Shown: positions 37,090-56,181 of the stretch, piece by piece | Layout of the letters: the number at the start of each line of letters is the position of its first letter | Position numbering within the stretch: position 1 is the stretch's first letter | DNA from: the human T2T-CHM13v2.0 reference genome, Homo sapiens | DNA length: 64,000 nucleotides | Direction: 5' to 3' (one strand) | Assembly (NCBI RefSeq): GCF_009914755.1 | Contig: NC_060933.1 | Notes under the pieces: model-generated | What the model was told of the DNA's origin: nothing | What the model saw: only the letters and a program-made list of their open reading frames with translations | Database searches by the model: none | Translations under genes and position numbers: made by a program

Positions 37090-38610
37090 AAGAGGAAAAT
37101 TGTTGACCATTTCCATAGACATTTAACAACCATTTGATCAAATTGACTTCTATTTCTAACTTAAAAAAAAAACCCTCAATAAACCAGGAATTGAAGAAAA
37201 TAGTCTTACCACTATAGAAAGTACTTGTCTATTCACCCAACAATTCTTTTTCCAGAAATCACAGCAAACATCATACTTCGAGGTGAATTCTTAGAACAGC
37301 AGTTCCAGTACTGCCCTGTAGAACACTACTTAACAGGAGATGTTGAACAAGAAGGGCGCATCATGTAAATGTCAGTGGTTAAATTAGCTCAAGACATGTT
37401 ACTTAGTATATCTCCTTCTTCCACATCTGCAAGCAAGTCAATGTCAAATGTTCTGATTACTTTTAAAGTAAAGAAACAAATTTGTCTTTGTTTAACACAG
37501 TATATCCTAAAGTTATTTGGACCCAGAACACTTTTTGTCCGCAATACTACTATTAGCGTCCTCTGATCTGTGTCCTTCAAATGACAGTTTTGGAAATATC
37601 ACATTAGGATCTTTCTATTCAAGGTAGCAACATTTCAAGGGTGTCTGCTATCACAACTGTCACTTGTCTTTATTCTAGAGGTGCCAGCCACGTGAATAAG
37701 ATAACCCATGGCATGGCAGAGACAAAATTCTCATTATTTATAGATGATGTGTTTGCTCACCCTGAAAAGTCGAAAGAATAAACTGAAAACCTATAAGAAC
37801 TAATCATGGCATTGACTATAGAGGCTGACACAAGGTGATAAATATATCAAGATCAATGCCTGTTCTCTACGCCAGCAATAACAGGTTCGAATGCATCAGG
37901 GGAACAAAAAAAGAATGCGCTTAGCAAAATAATGTGCAAAGATATACTCGGGAGGTGGATGAAAGGCATTAAAACAAGATTTGAATCAATAGAGAAATTG
38001 ATCTTGTTCTTGAACTGTATTGTAAAAGTGTCAATCCTCCCTCAAATAATCTATAAATTTGATGTGATTTCAGTGAAAATCTCCACAGGAATTTTTTTAT
38101 CATGAGAGATTGATTCTTTTTTTTTTTTTTTTTTTTTTTTTTTTGAGACGGAGTCTCGCTCTGTTGCCCAGGCTGGAGTGCAGTGGCGCGATCTCAGCTC
38201 ACTGCAAGCTCCGCCTCCTGGGTTCACGCCATTCTCCTGCCTCAGCCTCCTGAGTATCTAGGACTACAGGCGCCCGCCACCACGCCCGGCTAATTTTTTT
38301 GTATTTTTAGTAGAGACGGGGGTCCACCTTGTTAGCCAGGATGGTCTCGATCTCCTGACCTCGTGATTCGCCCGTCTCGGCCTCCCAAAGTGCTGGGGTT
38401 ACGGGTGTGAGCCACCGCACCTGTCCGAGAGACTGATTCTATAGTTCACCCGGTGCAACGATTGCACAGAATAGTCAAGAAATTCGGGAAGTGAAAGGAG
38501 AGTCATGGGGGGCTTGCCTTACAAAGTTCAATACTATAAAACTAAACTAATTAAAATGCTGGTGGACAATCTGGCAAATAGACCAAGAGAGCTTTCAAAA
38601 AGGGCACAGA
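37090..38610 (+). mobile_element. L1ME-like ORF2 (RT region) fragments, interrupted by AluY (38117-38426, -)
   Basis: aaaattctcattatttatagatgatgtg (decayed FADD region); aatctataaatttgatgtgatttcagtgaaaatc; AluY TSD gagagaYtgattct. Confidence 0.7.
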
Positions 38611-39715
38611 AATCAAACAGCCATGTTTCTGTGGTGGTCTTAGGAGGTGCAAAGAGTAGAAACCCATTCAGGTTAGTTTAATCAAAAACAGGGACTTTGG
38701 GAGAATGTTAGATTATCTCACAGAATCCAAGGAAAAACTGGACAGCCAGACTCCAGAGTGGGCAGGAACTGGGGCCATGCTGAGGTGTCAGCAACACGAG
38801 CATGTGTCCTTCAGGGGACGAGTCTCTGTCCTGTGGTCCCTGTGTCCATCTCCTCTCTTTCCATCTGTGTTTCATTTCAAACCTCAGGCTGCTGATCTGG
38901 CTCTCCCCAGCCCAGCTGGTTCATCCCTGATCCCATTAGATATGGTCTGGGGTTCAGGAACTTTCCTCTGGATGGAGAGAAGCATGAAGGTGCCTCCTTA
39001 ACCACACTTGTTCTCTTCCTCGACACTTTCAAACTCCATTTGGAGAAAATGAACACAGGGTCTCCCCCGACTAACCTGACACTTCACCAGGGATTCTGTA
39101 TTTCAGAAGATGCCACCATACAACTGGTTGGCCAAGCCAGAAGCCAGAGGCCCCCAGCCCCCTGGTTCTCCCCATCCCATGTGTCCAACTGGCCACCAAG
39201 TTCAATTGATTTTAGTTCCCAAATATTTCTAGAATCTGTCCACATTTGTCCATCTCCACTACTGTTACCCTAGTTTAAGGAATTGTCCTATTTCACCTGG
39301 ACCATTTCAACAGCCTTTTGGTAGGCACTTTTGCCCTCTGCCAACATTCGCTACGTGACAATAGCCATCTCTGCTCACCCCTCAGAGCTCAGCTCCTGGA
39401 ACCACAGTTCTGATTTCTGTAATTATAATTTTGCCTTTTACAGGATACCATATAAGTGAACTCTATAGTATATGACCTTTTGAGTCTGGCTACTTTCACT
39501 TAGTCATCATATAATAATGTAATGTTTGCCTTCCCTGCCACCATGTGGGTTCTGTGGAGTGAGAGACCATGTCTGACTCGGTAGCCTCTGTGTCACCCTA
39601 GTTTAGCATGGCGTCTCTCACCCTTTTTTTCACTATTCTTCCTCTAAGGAGAAAATTTAATTTTAATTTAAATTATCGCAGATGAGAGAAATTAATTAAA
39701 TAATTAGAATGCATC

Positions 39716-39790
39716 AAGCTCCGCCCTTCTATGCCAAATCTTATTCCATTAGAACTAAGGGGTAAGATTTGGTATAGAAGGGCGGGGCTT
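39716..39790 (+). other. 75-nt inverted repeat / pre-miRNA-like hairpin
   Basis: Arms 39716-39747 and 39759-39790 give 28 Watson-Crick plus 4 G:U pairs with no bulges; 11-nt loop. The structure is certain; expression is unknown. Confidence 0.85.
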
Positions 39791-39796
39791 TGGAAG

Positions 39797-41045
<1,249 letters not shown>

Positions 41046-41419
41046 GAGCCCGGGTCTTTGGTCTCCTTCCTGGAGGATGTTCGGTCCCCCTCCTGGGAGC
41101 TGGGGGAGGGCGAAGAATGGACCGCAGGCTTCCAAATTCCAGGGAGAAGCTCTCCTGGCTGGGAGTCAATGCCTGGATCTTCTTCCCGCATCTCTGTTGA
41201 CCCCAGAACTGGGGAGCAGGGCCCTGCTTAAGCCCAGGGGGACACTCCAACATTCCCTGAAGATTTGTCTCCACGCCCACCTCGCAGGCTCAGGCTGCTC
41301 ACCTGTCCTGGACCGGCTGCAGCAGCACCACCTCCAGGCCATCCCAGAGAAATGTATTTTCAGAACCCCACAGTGTGCCTGGATGACCTGGTTGGGCTGG
41401 GAGGCAGGTGGCAGGGGCC

Positions 41420-41600
41420 CGGCTGACACTGCAAGCCAGTGGCCTGGGGAAGCTCACCTCACCTCTCTGAGCCCCTGTAAAATGGGGATGTAACACCTCA
41501 AGGCGGGGCTGTGAGGATACAGTGAGACAGCCACACTACACATCTGGAAAGCGCCTGGCCCAGCAGGAGCCCAGTAACCAATTCTGATACAGTTCGATGA
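41420..41600 (+). mobile_element. MIR fragment
   Basis: cacctctctgagcccctgtaaaatgggg...gctgtgaggatacagtgag...aaagcgcctggcccag. Confidence 0.65.
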
Positions 41601-41819
41601 TGTATTTGTTGGCCTAGTTTGCAAAATCCCCAAACATCCAACCATTTCTGAGCTTTATAAAAAACTCATCAAAGTCCTCGCCCCTCCCCCTCTTCTTTTC
41701 TTTGTCGCTTTGGACCTCAGATGCTCGGAACTAGGTCAATCACGACCGTCAGCTCAGCTCACAAACACTAGAGACCACACGTGGGTCCTCTGGTGTGTTT
41801 CTTTTGTTTTTGATTCTTT

Positions 41820-42968
<1,149 letters not shown>

Positions 42969-43207
42969 TGGTTATCTTTTAACACAAGTGGCTCCAACTG
43001 CTGATGCACCTCCTCATGGCCCATCATAACATCCATGTGCTGTGCTCTGCTAGGGAGGTGACACGGGCACTAACTTGGCTATAGCCAGCTGGACAAGGGA
43101 TGGTGCATAGGTCTAAGACAAACCAAGGTGCATGGCTAGTCCCAAGATGGCCCCTCAAACTCCACTCACACTGAAGGTGCCAATCAACTCATCAAAAAGC
43201 AAATGCA

Positions 43208-43452
43208 TCAGCCTGGACAACATCGCAAAACCTGTCTCTACAAAAAATACAACATTTAGCTGAGCCTAGTGGCACGCACCTGTATCCCAGCTGATTGGCT
43301 TGAAGGGCTGACACAGGAGGATTGCTTGAGCCCTGTGAGGTCGAGGCTGCAGTGAGCCAAGAGCATGCCACTGCACTCCAGCCTGGGTGACAAAGTGAGA
43401 CCCTGTCTCCAAACAACAACAACAACAAACACACACACAAAAAAAACAAAAA
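43208..43452 (+). mobile_element. 5'-truncated AluJ
   Basis: gaggattgcttgagccc...gaggctgcagtgagcc; (CAA)/(CA) tail. Confidence 0.88.
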
Positions 43453-43895
43453 TCAAATGCAGTTTGCTTGCTCACCACCTCTCTTCAGGAAGTCGAAACG
43501 TGCAACAAAAAACAGGAATGTGGTTGATTTGGTTTGGGCTCCTGTCCTGAGCCCCCGTTTGCAATCTTCTTGGTTGTCTATGAGACAGGAGGAGGGGCCA
43601 CAGTATATGACAAACTAGGGCCTAAGACTGGGTGGCCCTGTCCCCTTCAAGCTCCAAATCCCTGGTGCTTTTGCATATAGGCTTTCAGAGTCATAAGCTC
43701 TGGAGTCAGAATATCTTGGGTTCAAATCTCATCTTAGCCACCTGGCAGAGCTGTTGTAAATGACAAGCACTCAGTAAATGCGAAGAGCTTAGCAGGGCTC
43801 CAGGCACATACTAAGCCTCGAAAGTGGCAATCTATTACCATTAACAACCCATAACATAGGAGATACATTCTCCACCTTATGGATAATAAAAGTCA

Positions 43896-44631
<736 letters not shown>

Positions 44632-45290
44632 TCATTGACTTCCACTCCTGCCAGGAGCTGGACTGAGTCGAGAACTAGATGCCTTCATAGAGCTCCAGGT
44701 CCTGGTCTTAGGGTGGGAGACCGGCCCCCTTAGCAGGGGTCCCTCAGGGAGTGGGAGGACCAGGGCGAGCCTGGGTCCAGGCAGGGCTACAAGAGGCTCC
44801 CAGGTGATGGGGAAGGGGGCTGCCTGGCCCTTCTCCAAGCACATTTAGAGCCAACCCAAGGGAAACCCCGATTCTGTCAGTGCTGGCACGCCTGGGGCAC
44901 AAGCATCGGAGACATTAAATATTAAACACGTCGGCTGCCTTCCAAGCTTGGTAATTAAAACTCTTATTTCATATTTTACACAGGATGGACGGGGAGGTCA
45001 CAGACTGCTCTTAGATGTTTCATAGTTCCTTGTTCACAGATGAAGTGGCTCTTCCGAGGAAAACCTCCTCTCACTTGGGATCCTCGCGCCCTATTTATTA
45101 AGTGATTTCCTGGGAGGGAGGCCAGGGAGCGGAGGTCGGGGAGGTCTCCGGGGTGTAAGGCCCCAACCAGGAATCCCAGCAGGGTTTTGGGCTTTCTTTC
45201 TGCTTCTCCAAAATGGGCCTGGGTTCCCAGGAGACGGCCGAGGGCGCCTCGCCCCTGCTGGAAGGGCAGCCTGGGAGCTGGAGTTGGCAA

Positions 45291-45320
45291 ACGGGAGGGG
45301 ACGGGAGGGGACGGGAGGAG
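45291..45320 (+). repeat. Three copies of a 10-bp G-rich unit (acgggagggg), potential G-quadruplex
   Basis: acgggagggg acgggagggg acgggaggag. Confidence 0.8.
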
Positions 45321-45352
45321 CCCCAGGGGAGGGGGCGTCTTCCCTTAGCTTT

Positions 45353-45371
45353 CAGCGCCATCTGCTGGCCG
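45353..45371 (-). promoter_or_regulatory. CTCF binding motif
   Basis: Minus strand CGGCCAGCAGATGGCGCTG matches core CCASYAGRKGGCRS with no mismatch; GCAG lies 12 nt upstream of CCA, as for the upstream module; GC-rich non-repeat context. Confidence 0.75.
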
Positions 45372-45751
45372 TATGCTAAACTGCCGCTCCCCCGGAGGCC
45401 AGCTAGAGACCAATTTCGAGTTCTGAGCAGGGAGAGAGAGGAGGGGTTCCAGGACAATCAGGCCTGGAGCTTCCAGAAACATTCCAAAAACACAGTTTAG
45501 ATTTTTAATTGTTCACTCAGTCATTCTCCCGGGGTCTAGGGAGAAATAGGACTCAGACTCGGATCTTTGGGGACCTACCCCAGCATGATAACCTGGGTGT
45601 GCCTGGGGTTCATGGGGGCCTGGGAATCACGGAGGCCCCCTCACCTGCATTCACTGTGTGCCAAGCACTGGCCTACATCACTGACATTTGTTGTATCACT
45701 GCAGGTGCTGTGATCTTGCTGCCGTGCTCATTTGACAGATGAAAACACTCA

Positions 45752-46487
<736 letters not shown>

Positions 46488-46908
46488 TGTGTTTTTAAAA
46501 TAACCCTCGGGCTGCACAGTGAAGCATCGCAGTGTAGGGAGCAGGGTGGGGGAAGGCTGGAGTCAGGGAGCCCAATTTGGAAGCCGCTGTAGTCAGGTGA
46601 GAGAGGATGGGGTTGGGGGAGGGAGCCTGAACTAGGGCAGAGGAGACAGGAGTGGAGATAGTGGATGGATGTGGAGATTGAAGCTGGAAATAGAGCCCAA
46701 GAAGTATCCATGGCTCACATTTCTGCAAAACTGGACACCTGGAGGTGACGTTCACTAAAATGAGGCCCATACTTCTCCCACCACATCTCACTGGCCAAGA
46801 GCAGTCAAGGGTGGGAGCATTCTCCACCTTTGGTGGGAAAGACCATGAAGTTACATGGCAAAGGGTGCACATGCAGGGGGACTAAAGAATCAGGGCCAGT
46901 GACGCACA

Positions 46909-47359
<451 letters not shown>

Positions 47360-47659
47360 TGAATCTCACATAAACAAGCTAGAGGTTAATCTATGTAAAA
47401 AAGACTTGAGAGTGAGGGCAGGTTAGGGAGAAAAAAACTGCTTAGGCAAGGAGAAAGAATACTGCCTGGCTCCCAGTAGCAACATGGGCCTTATTCCAGC
47501 CCTTCCTAAGGCCTTGCCAAATTCCCAGCATTAGTTCCTTTTAATAAGCCATCAGAGGAGACTAGGCTGGGAGTGATGAGACTTGGCATGCATTTTTTTT
47601 AGAACACTGGCTAAGAATAGCTGAGAGGTTCTCAAGGGCAACAGGTAGGAGGGGTCAGG

Positions 47660-47905
47660 CCATCCTTATCACAACGCTCTAGTCATTAAAACAGTGTGGT
47701 TTCAGCACAAGGACAGACACAAAGACTAATAGAGGGGAAGGTAGAACCCAGAAGCAGACCCTCAAACACACAGGCACATAATCCATGACAGAGGTGGTCC
47801 ACAGAGCAGTAGGGGACAGAGAGAGTCTTCAGTAAGTAATTTTGGGACGAAATTGAGTACCCATGTGGAAAACATGAAATGGACCTCCACCTCCGCCATA
47901 TGCAG
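47660..47905 (+). mobile_element. L1ME-like ORF2 3' fragment
   Basis: tagtcattaaaacagtgtggtttcagcacaaggacagacac...agaacccagaagcagaccc. Confidence 0.65.
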
Positions 47906-48014
47906 CAACACCCATTCCCTGCAGGCCTCCCGGAAGGTCTGGAACCAGGAACTGGAGAGCTATTGGAACCGTGGCAGCTCCGCCGTCCCCGGCCCACTTT
48001 TCCTCCTCCCCTCC

Positions 48015-48240
48015 TGATGCTTACAGAACGCATTTTAGACACTGGGCACTGTGCTAACGGCTTCTTTGCATTCTCATTGAGTCTCCACAACATTCTTCTG
48101 AGGCCAGTATGATGACCCCATTTTACAGCTGACGAAACTGAGGCTCAGCGATTGAGTCATTTTCCCAAGGGTATATAAATTATAGGATGTGGGGTTGGGA
48201 TTTGAACCCAAATAGGCCAGTTCCAGGGCCTACTGTTTTA
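48015..48240 (-). mobile_element. MIR
   Basis: cccattttacagctgacgaaactgaggctcagcgattgagtcattttcccaagg...ggatttgaaccca. Confidence 0.8.
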
Positions 48241-48247
48241 CAGCATC

Positions 48248-48593
48248 TGATATGGTTCAGCTGTGTCCCCACCCAAATCTCAACTTGAGTTGTACCTCCC
48301 AGAATTCCCACGTGTTGTGGGAGGGACCCAGGGGGAGGTAATTGAATCATGCGGGCCAGTCTTTCCCATGCTAGTCTAGTGATGGTCTCATGAGATCTGA
48401 TGGGTTTATCAGGGCTTGCCACTTTTACTTCTTCCTCATTTTCTCTTGCCGCTGCCATGTAAGAAGTGCCTTTCACCTCCCCCAGTGATCCTGAGGCCTC
48501 CCCAGCCATGTGGAACTGTAAGTCCAATTAAACCTCGTTTTCTTCCCAGTCTCGGGTATGTCTTTGTCAGCAGCGTGAAAATGGATGAATACA
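48248..48593 (+). mobile_element. THE1A-like MaLR solo LTR
   Basis: tgatatggttcagctgtgtccccacccaaatctcaacttga ... aaaatggatgaataca; TSD gcatc/gcacc with one mismatch. Confidence 0.92.
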
Positions 48594-49061
48594 GCACCCC
48601 TTCTGGAAACAGAAGTTCAGTGTGATAGGGGTCTGTGGTATTGGGATGGGGGGCTTGTGGTGTGGAGGCTGGAAGTGAAGGAGTGGGGTGGGAGGAGTGC
48701 CCGGAGAGGGGGGTAGAAGCAGACCATCGAGGGCATAGAATGCCAACCAGGAAGCTTCCCCTCTTTCTTCAGATAGGAGAGAGTGGGAGGATTGGAAAGT
48801 GAGAGAGTCACGCTGGCTCCTGCACTGCAAGTCCCCTCCTCACCACTTAGACCATCCCAGGACCCCAAGCCAGCAGTTCTGCAAGAAGGCTGTTCAGACA
48901 CAGGCCGCTTCCTGCCAGCCTTCTTCCTTGTCTCTTAGGCCTTAGAAGTGGCTCAGTTACATCTTCCCCTGTCATGCCAGAATCTGGCCTCACTGGATGC
49001 CACATCAGGGTGAAGTGGAGAACCAGGAGGTAGGCTAGCCAAAGCAGTTAGAATGTTTCAG

Positions 49062-49531
<470 letters not shown>

Positions 49532-49553
49532 TTAGAGATCCAATGGGAAATAA

Positions 49554-49910
<357 letters not shown>

Positions 49911-49959
49911 TAATCAGGGTTCCTGTGGTCCCTCCTCTCTGACATTCCTGCAGTCCTCT

Positions 49960-50450
49960 GCCTCTCCAGCCACCTATGTGCAGATGAGCCCCACATCTCT
50001 GGTTCTAGCCTGGTCTGCTCTGGAATCTCACACCAAAACACCTCCTGAGCATGGCCATTAGGATATTCCACTAGCTCCTCAAACTCAGCATGTCCCAAAC
50101 TCAACTCAGCCCCCTCCCCTGAACCTGGTCTTCTTATCCTATGTTCCTCTGCAGTGAGTGTGTGATAGCGCCACTATGATAGTTGACCCAGTTACCAATG
50201 CCAAAAATCAGAAAGTTGCCCTGGACAACTGCCCCCTCACTCCCACATTCACTATTCAGCAAGACCGGTTAGTTCTTTCTCTTAAATGGCCTTCAAATCT
50301 GCCCTTTCCTCTAAGTCTCCACAGCCACTGCCTTAAACATCTTTCACATGGACAACTGCTGTAGCTTTCTTACAGATCTCTCCCACTTCAGTCTTAAAAT
50401 ACAAAGTAGGTGTGCCACTCCTCTGTTTAAAACCCTTCCGTTACTAGGAT
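49960..50450 (+). mobile_element. L2 fragment (continues at ~51935-52040 and ~52300-52420)
   Basis: ctcaaactcagcatgtcccaaactcaactc...cactcctctgtttaaaacccttcc. Confidence 0.7.
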
Positions 50451-50454
50451 AAAG

Positions 50455-51935
50455 ATAGATAATGGTTCAATGGGATAGAATTGAGAGCCCAGAAATAAAC
50501 CCACACATTTACGGTAAATGGATTTTCAACAGGGGTACCACAACGATTCAGTGGAAGGAAGTTTAGACTTTTCAACAAATGGTGCCAGGACAACTGTATA
50601 TCCACATGCAAAAGAATGAAGTTGGACCCCTACCTCACACTGTAAACAAAAATTAACTCAAAATTGATCGAAGATCTAAATGTAAGGACTAAAACTATAC
50701 AACTTTTAGGAAAAAAGGTAGATGTAAATCTTTGTGACTCTGGATTAGGTAACAGTTTCTCATACATAACATCAAAGCACAACCAGCCAAAGGAAAAATG
50801 GATAAATTGGACTTCATCAAAACTTCTAAATTTGTGCTTCAAAGGACAGTATTGAGAAAGTGAAAATGTCTGCACATCATGTATATGATAAGGGTCTAGT
50901 ATCCAGAATATATAAAGAAATTTTATGATTCAACAATAAAAACACAAATGCAACTAAATTTTAAATGCTCAAAAGATCTGAATAGATATTTCTACAAAGA
51001 AAATATACACATGGCCAAAAAACTCATAAAACGATGCAAAATGTAATTAGTTACTAGAGAACTGCAAATCAAAACCACCAATTGGTGGGGCATGATGGAT
51101 GGCTCATGCCTATAAACCCAGCACTTTGGGAGGCTGAGATGGGAGGATTGCTTAAGGCAAGGAGTTTGAGACCAGCCTGGGAAACATAGCAAGACCCCAA
51201 TTCTAAAAAAAAACCAATTGTTTAATTAAACAAAATAAAACAAAACCACAATGAGATACGTTACACCCACTAGGGTGGCTATAACAAAAAAGACAGGCAG
51301 TAACAAGTGTTGGAGAGGATGTGGAGAAATTAGAAATCTTGTATTAATATATTGCTGGTGAGAATGAAAACTGGAATAGCCACTATGGAAAGCAGTTCGG
51401 CAGTGCCTCAAAAAGTTAAACATACTATTATCATATGACCCAGGAATTTCACATCTAGGTATATGCCCAAGAGCTCTGAAAACATATGATGTCCACACAA
51501 AAATTCGTACATGAATTTTCATAGCAGCATTATTTATAGTAGCCAAAATGTGGAAATGATCCAAATGCCTGGGATATTCTTCAGTTCTGAAAAGGAAGTA
51601 CTGATACATGTGACAACAGGGATAAATCTTAGAAATATGCTAAGTGAAAGAAGCCAGACACAAAAGGCCACATACTGAATGCTTCTATTTATATGAAATA
51701 TCCAGAACAGGCAAATCTGAAGAGAAAATAAATTCATGGTTTCCAGCAGCTCGAGGGAGGGAAGAATGGGAAGTGATTGGGTGCAGGATTTCTTTTGGAA
51801 TGATGACAATGTTCTGGATTAGAGAGTGGTGATGATTGTACAACTTTATGAACATGCTAAAAATCACTGAATTGTATACTTTAAAAGGGTGAAGCTTGTG
51901 GTATATGAAATAATGTATCAATCTTAAAAAAATAA
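50455..51935 (+). mobile_element. L1MB-like 3' segment (ORF2 end plus 3'UTR) inserted into L2, with a FLAM at 51085-51213
   Basis: gagagcccagaaataaacccacac; aaagaatgaagttggacccctacctcacac; tgctaagtgaaagaagccagacacaaaaggccacatac; cactgaattgtatactttaaaagggtgaa. Confidence 0.9.
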
Positions 51936-52079
51936 AACCTTCAGTGGCTCCACTGACCCCGAGGACCTTTCATGGTCTAGCCCCTGCCTACCCCTCCAGC
52001 CTCATCCCGTGCTAGTCCTTCTATTGATCACTTTGCTCAGAGGAGCAGATCATTAGGATTTTTCTTGAGATTGTGGTCG

Positions 52080-52292
52080 ATGGGTAAGCAGTTTTTCTGT
52101 CTGTTGCCCTGCATCTAAATGTGTCAGCTGCAATAGCACCTGACTAAGCAAAACCAAGGCTGCTGCTTGATCTCCACCTTCCTGACTCATACACATTTCT
52201 CTTGAAACAAAACCTGACCCACAACCACACAGGGAAAGGCATCTTGGGACATGAAGTTCCAGCTTAGCTAAACAGACATAGTACCAAGCCAC
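52080..52292 (-). mobile_element. ERV-L LTR fragment (LTR40/41-like)
   Basis: cagggaaaggcatcttgggacatgaagttccagcttagctaaacagacatagtac resembles the end of the 6511-7077 LTR. Confidence 0.55.
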
Positions 52293-52603
52293 CCGGGTTC
52301 TTCTCACATGCTATTTCCCTGCCCAGAGCCCGGTCCCCACTTCTGTTTTCACCCACACATTCCTACTCCTTCTTCAAATCTCAGCTACCCTCAGGAAAGC
52401 TCTCTGGCCCTTGCTCTATTCCTGGACCGGCCCCTCCTCCGATCTTCCCTGGCCCACTTTATGAGGTCCAGGATATGCAGTTGAGGAGGTTGTACATGAC
52501 TCCAAGAGCACAGTTCACACTCCTAGTCATCAGAGTCATCACACACATCCTTAACGTGAATTTCTCCACCGATGGTAGTAAAGTGACTAACGCTTAGGGC
52601 AAT

Positions 52604-52671
52604 TCTTTCTTTCTTTCTTTCCTTCCTTCCTCCCTCCCTCCCTCCCTCCCTCCCTTCTTCCTTTCTTTCCT

Positions 52672-52703
<32 letters not shown>

Positions 52704-52982
52704 GACAGAGTCTCGCTCTGTCACCCAGGCTGGAGTGCAGTGGCACAATCTCGGCTCACTGCAAGCTCCGCCTTCCAGGTTCACGCCATTCTCCTGACTC
52801 AGTCTCCTGAGTAGCTGGGAGTACAGCCGCCCGCCACCACGCCCGGCTAATTTTTTGTATTTTTAGTAGAGACGGGGTTTCACCGTGTTAGCCAGGATGG
52901 TCTCGATCTCCTGACCTTGTGATCCGCCCACCTCAGCCTCCCAAAGTGCTGGGATTACAGGCGTGAGCCACCGCGCCCGGCC
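52604..52982 (-). mobile_element. AluY SINE with compound (TTTC/TCCC/TTCC)n tail
   Basis: Y diagnostics; pyrimidine microsatellite 52604-52703. Confidence 0.93.
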
Positions 52983-53309
52983 CACTTGCGGCATATTTTT
53001 CTAACACAGGTGCTCATAGGAGGTCCTGGGGCTGACCGTAGTCCTTTTGTTTCAGGGGATGGAGGTACCTGGGCACCAGGCTGTTTCCCTTCCTAGACTG
53101 TGGGCTCCATCTGTCAAGAACCATGTCAGAACAGCTCAATATGGGGTTCCCAGCATTTAGCCTAGGGGCTGGTACACAGCAGACACTTGACATCTATAAA
53201 ACAAAGGAATGAGTGAATGTCTGGAGGATGAGAGAGGAGTGGCAGGAGAGAGGGCAGGAAGATGGGTGGGCTGGGGGCTTCAGGAACTGGGCTAGAGGCA
53301 GAAAGATGA

Positions 53310-53540
53310 GACAGTACAGTGAGGTAGCTCGGAGTGTGGATTCAAGAGCCAGACCCTCATCCCCATCACTTACCAGCTGTGTGACCTTCAGTGAGTTACT
53401 TCACCTCTCTGTGCCTTAATTTGTTGATCTGTAAAAATAGAGCTAAGAATAGCACCTCCCTTGATGGATTGTAAGAGAATTCACTGGGCTAATATTTGCA
53501 AAAGACATAGATAGCAGTACACAAGTGTTCATTAAACAAA
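53310..53540 (+). mobile_element. MIR
   Basis: cacttaccagctgtgtgaccttcagtgagttacttcacctctctgtgcct...tctgtaaaa. Confidence 0.8.
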
Positions 53541-54107
53541 GAAATACATATATGCATGCATACATACATACATACACAAACACACAAATGAATAAATACA
53601 ATAAAAAGATGAATAAATTTGTTTCTCTTTCAAAGCCAGGAGAAAATGCAGCAGAAGGTGGTACTGGGGTTCCCTATTCAAGTGGTGGGAAGGCAGTGTA
53701 GTGCTTTGACTCTGAAAGTACATAGGTTTAAGAGCATCAAGATAAATGCCCCAGCTGGCAAGAACCTCTAGACTAGAGGGTATTGCATTAGCATACTGTT
53801 AGTTAAGGAGTTATAGCTCTTAGGATACCAGCTTCTGCACAATAAAATGATTTTTAAAACATTTTTAAAACCCGATTAAAACATAATGCTCTGTTGAGTT
53901 ACTGCCACAAAATGTTTTGTTTGCAAATTACAGCCTAGTGGATTTAATTTACTTTCTGCTGACACCCGTATTAGACATGATGGACCAGGCAAGCACAGCA
54001 AGGCTGCAGGCTGCGGAACAGCATTGCAGGAATTGGAGCTTGCGGCTCCACCGTGGAGCATCTGTGGAGGAGGTGGCATGGCCAGGCCTCTCCACTCCCA
54101 CCACTAG

Positions 54108-55010
<903 letters not shown>

Positions 55011-55019
55011 TCCATAGGT

Positions 55020-56181
<1,162 letters not shown>

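Noticed and set aside
41640-41790. TCF/LEF (CATCAAAG 41667-41674) plus TTTATAAAA as an enhancer
   Set aside because: Only two short motifs, which is expected by chance in 64 kb.
49066-49092. Poly-A run as the tail of a processed pseudogene
   Set aside because: No upstream mRNA-like sequence, polyadenylation signal or TSD; it directly precedes an AluY.
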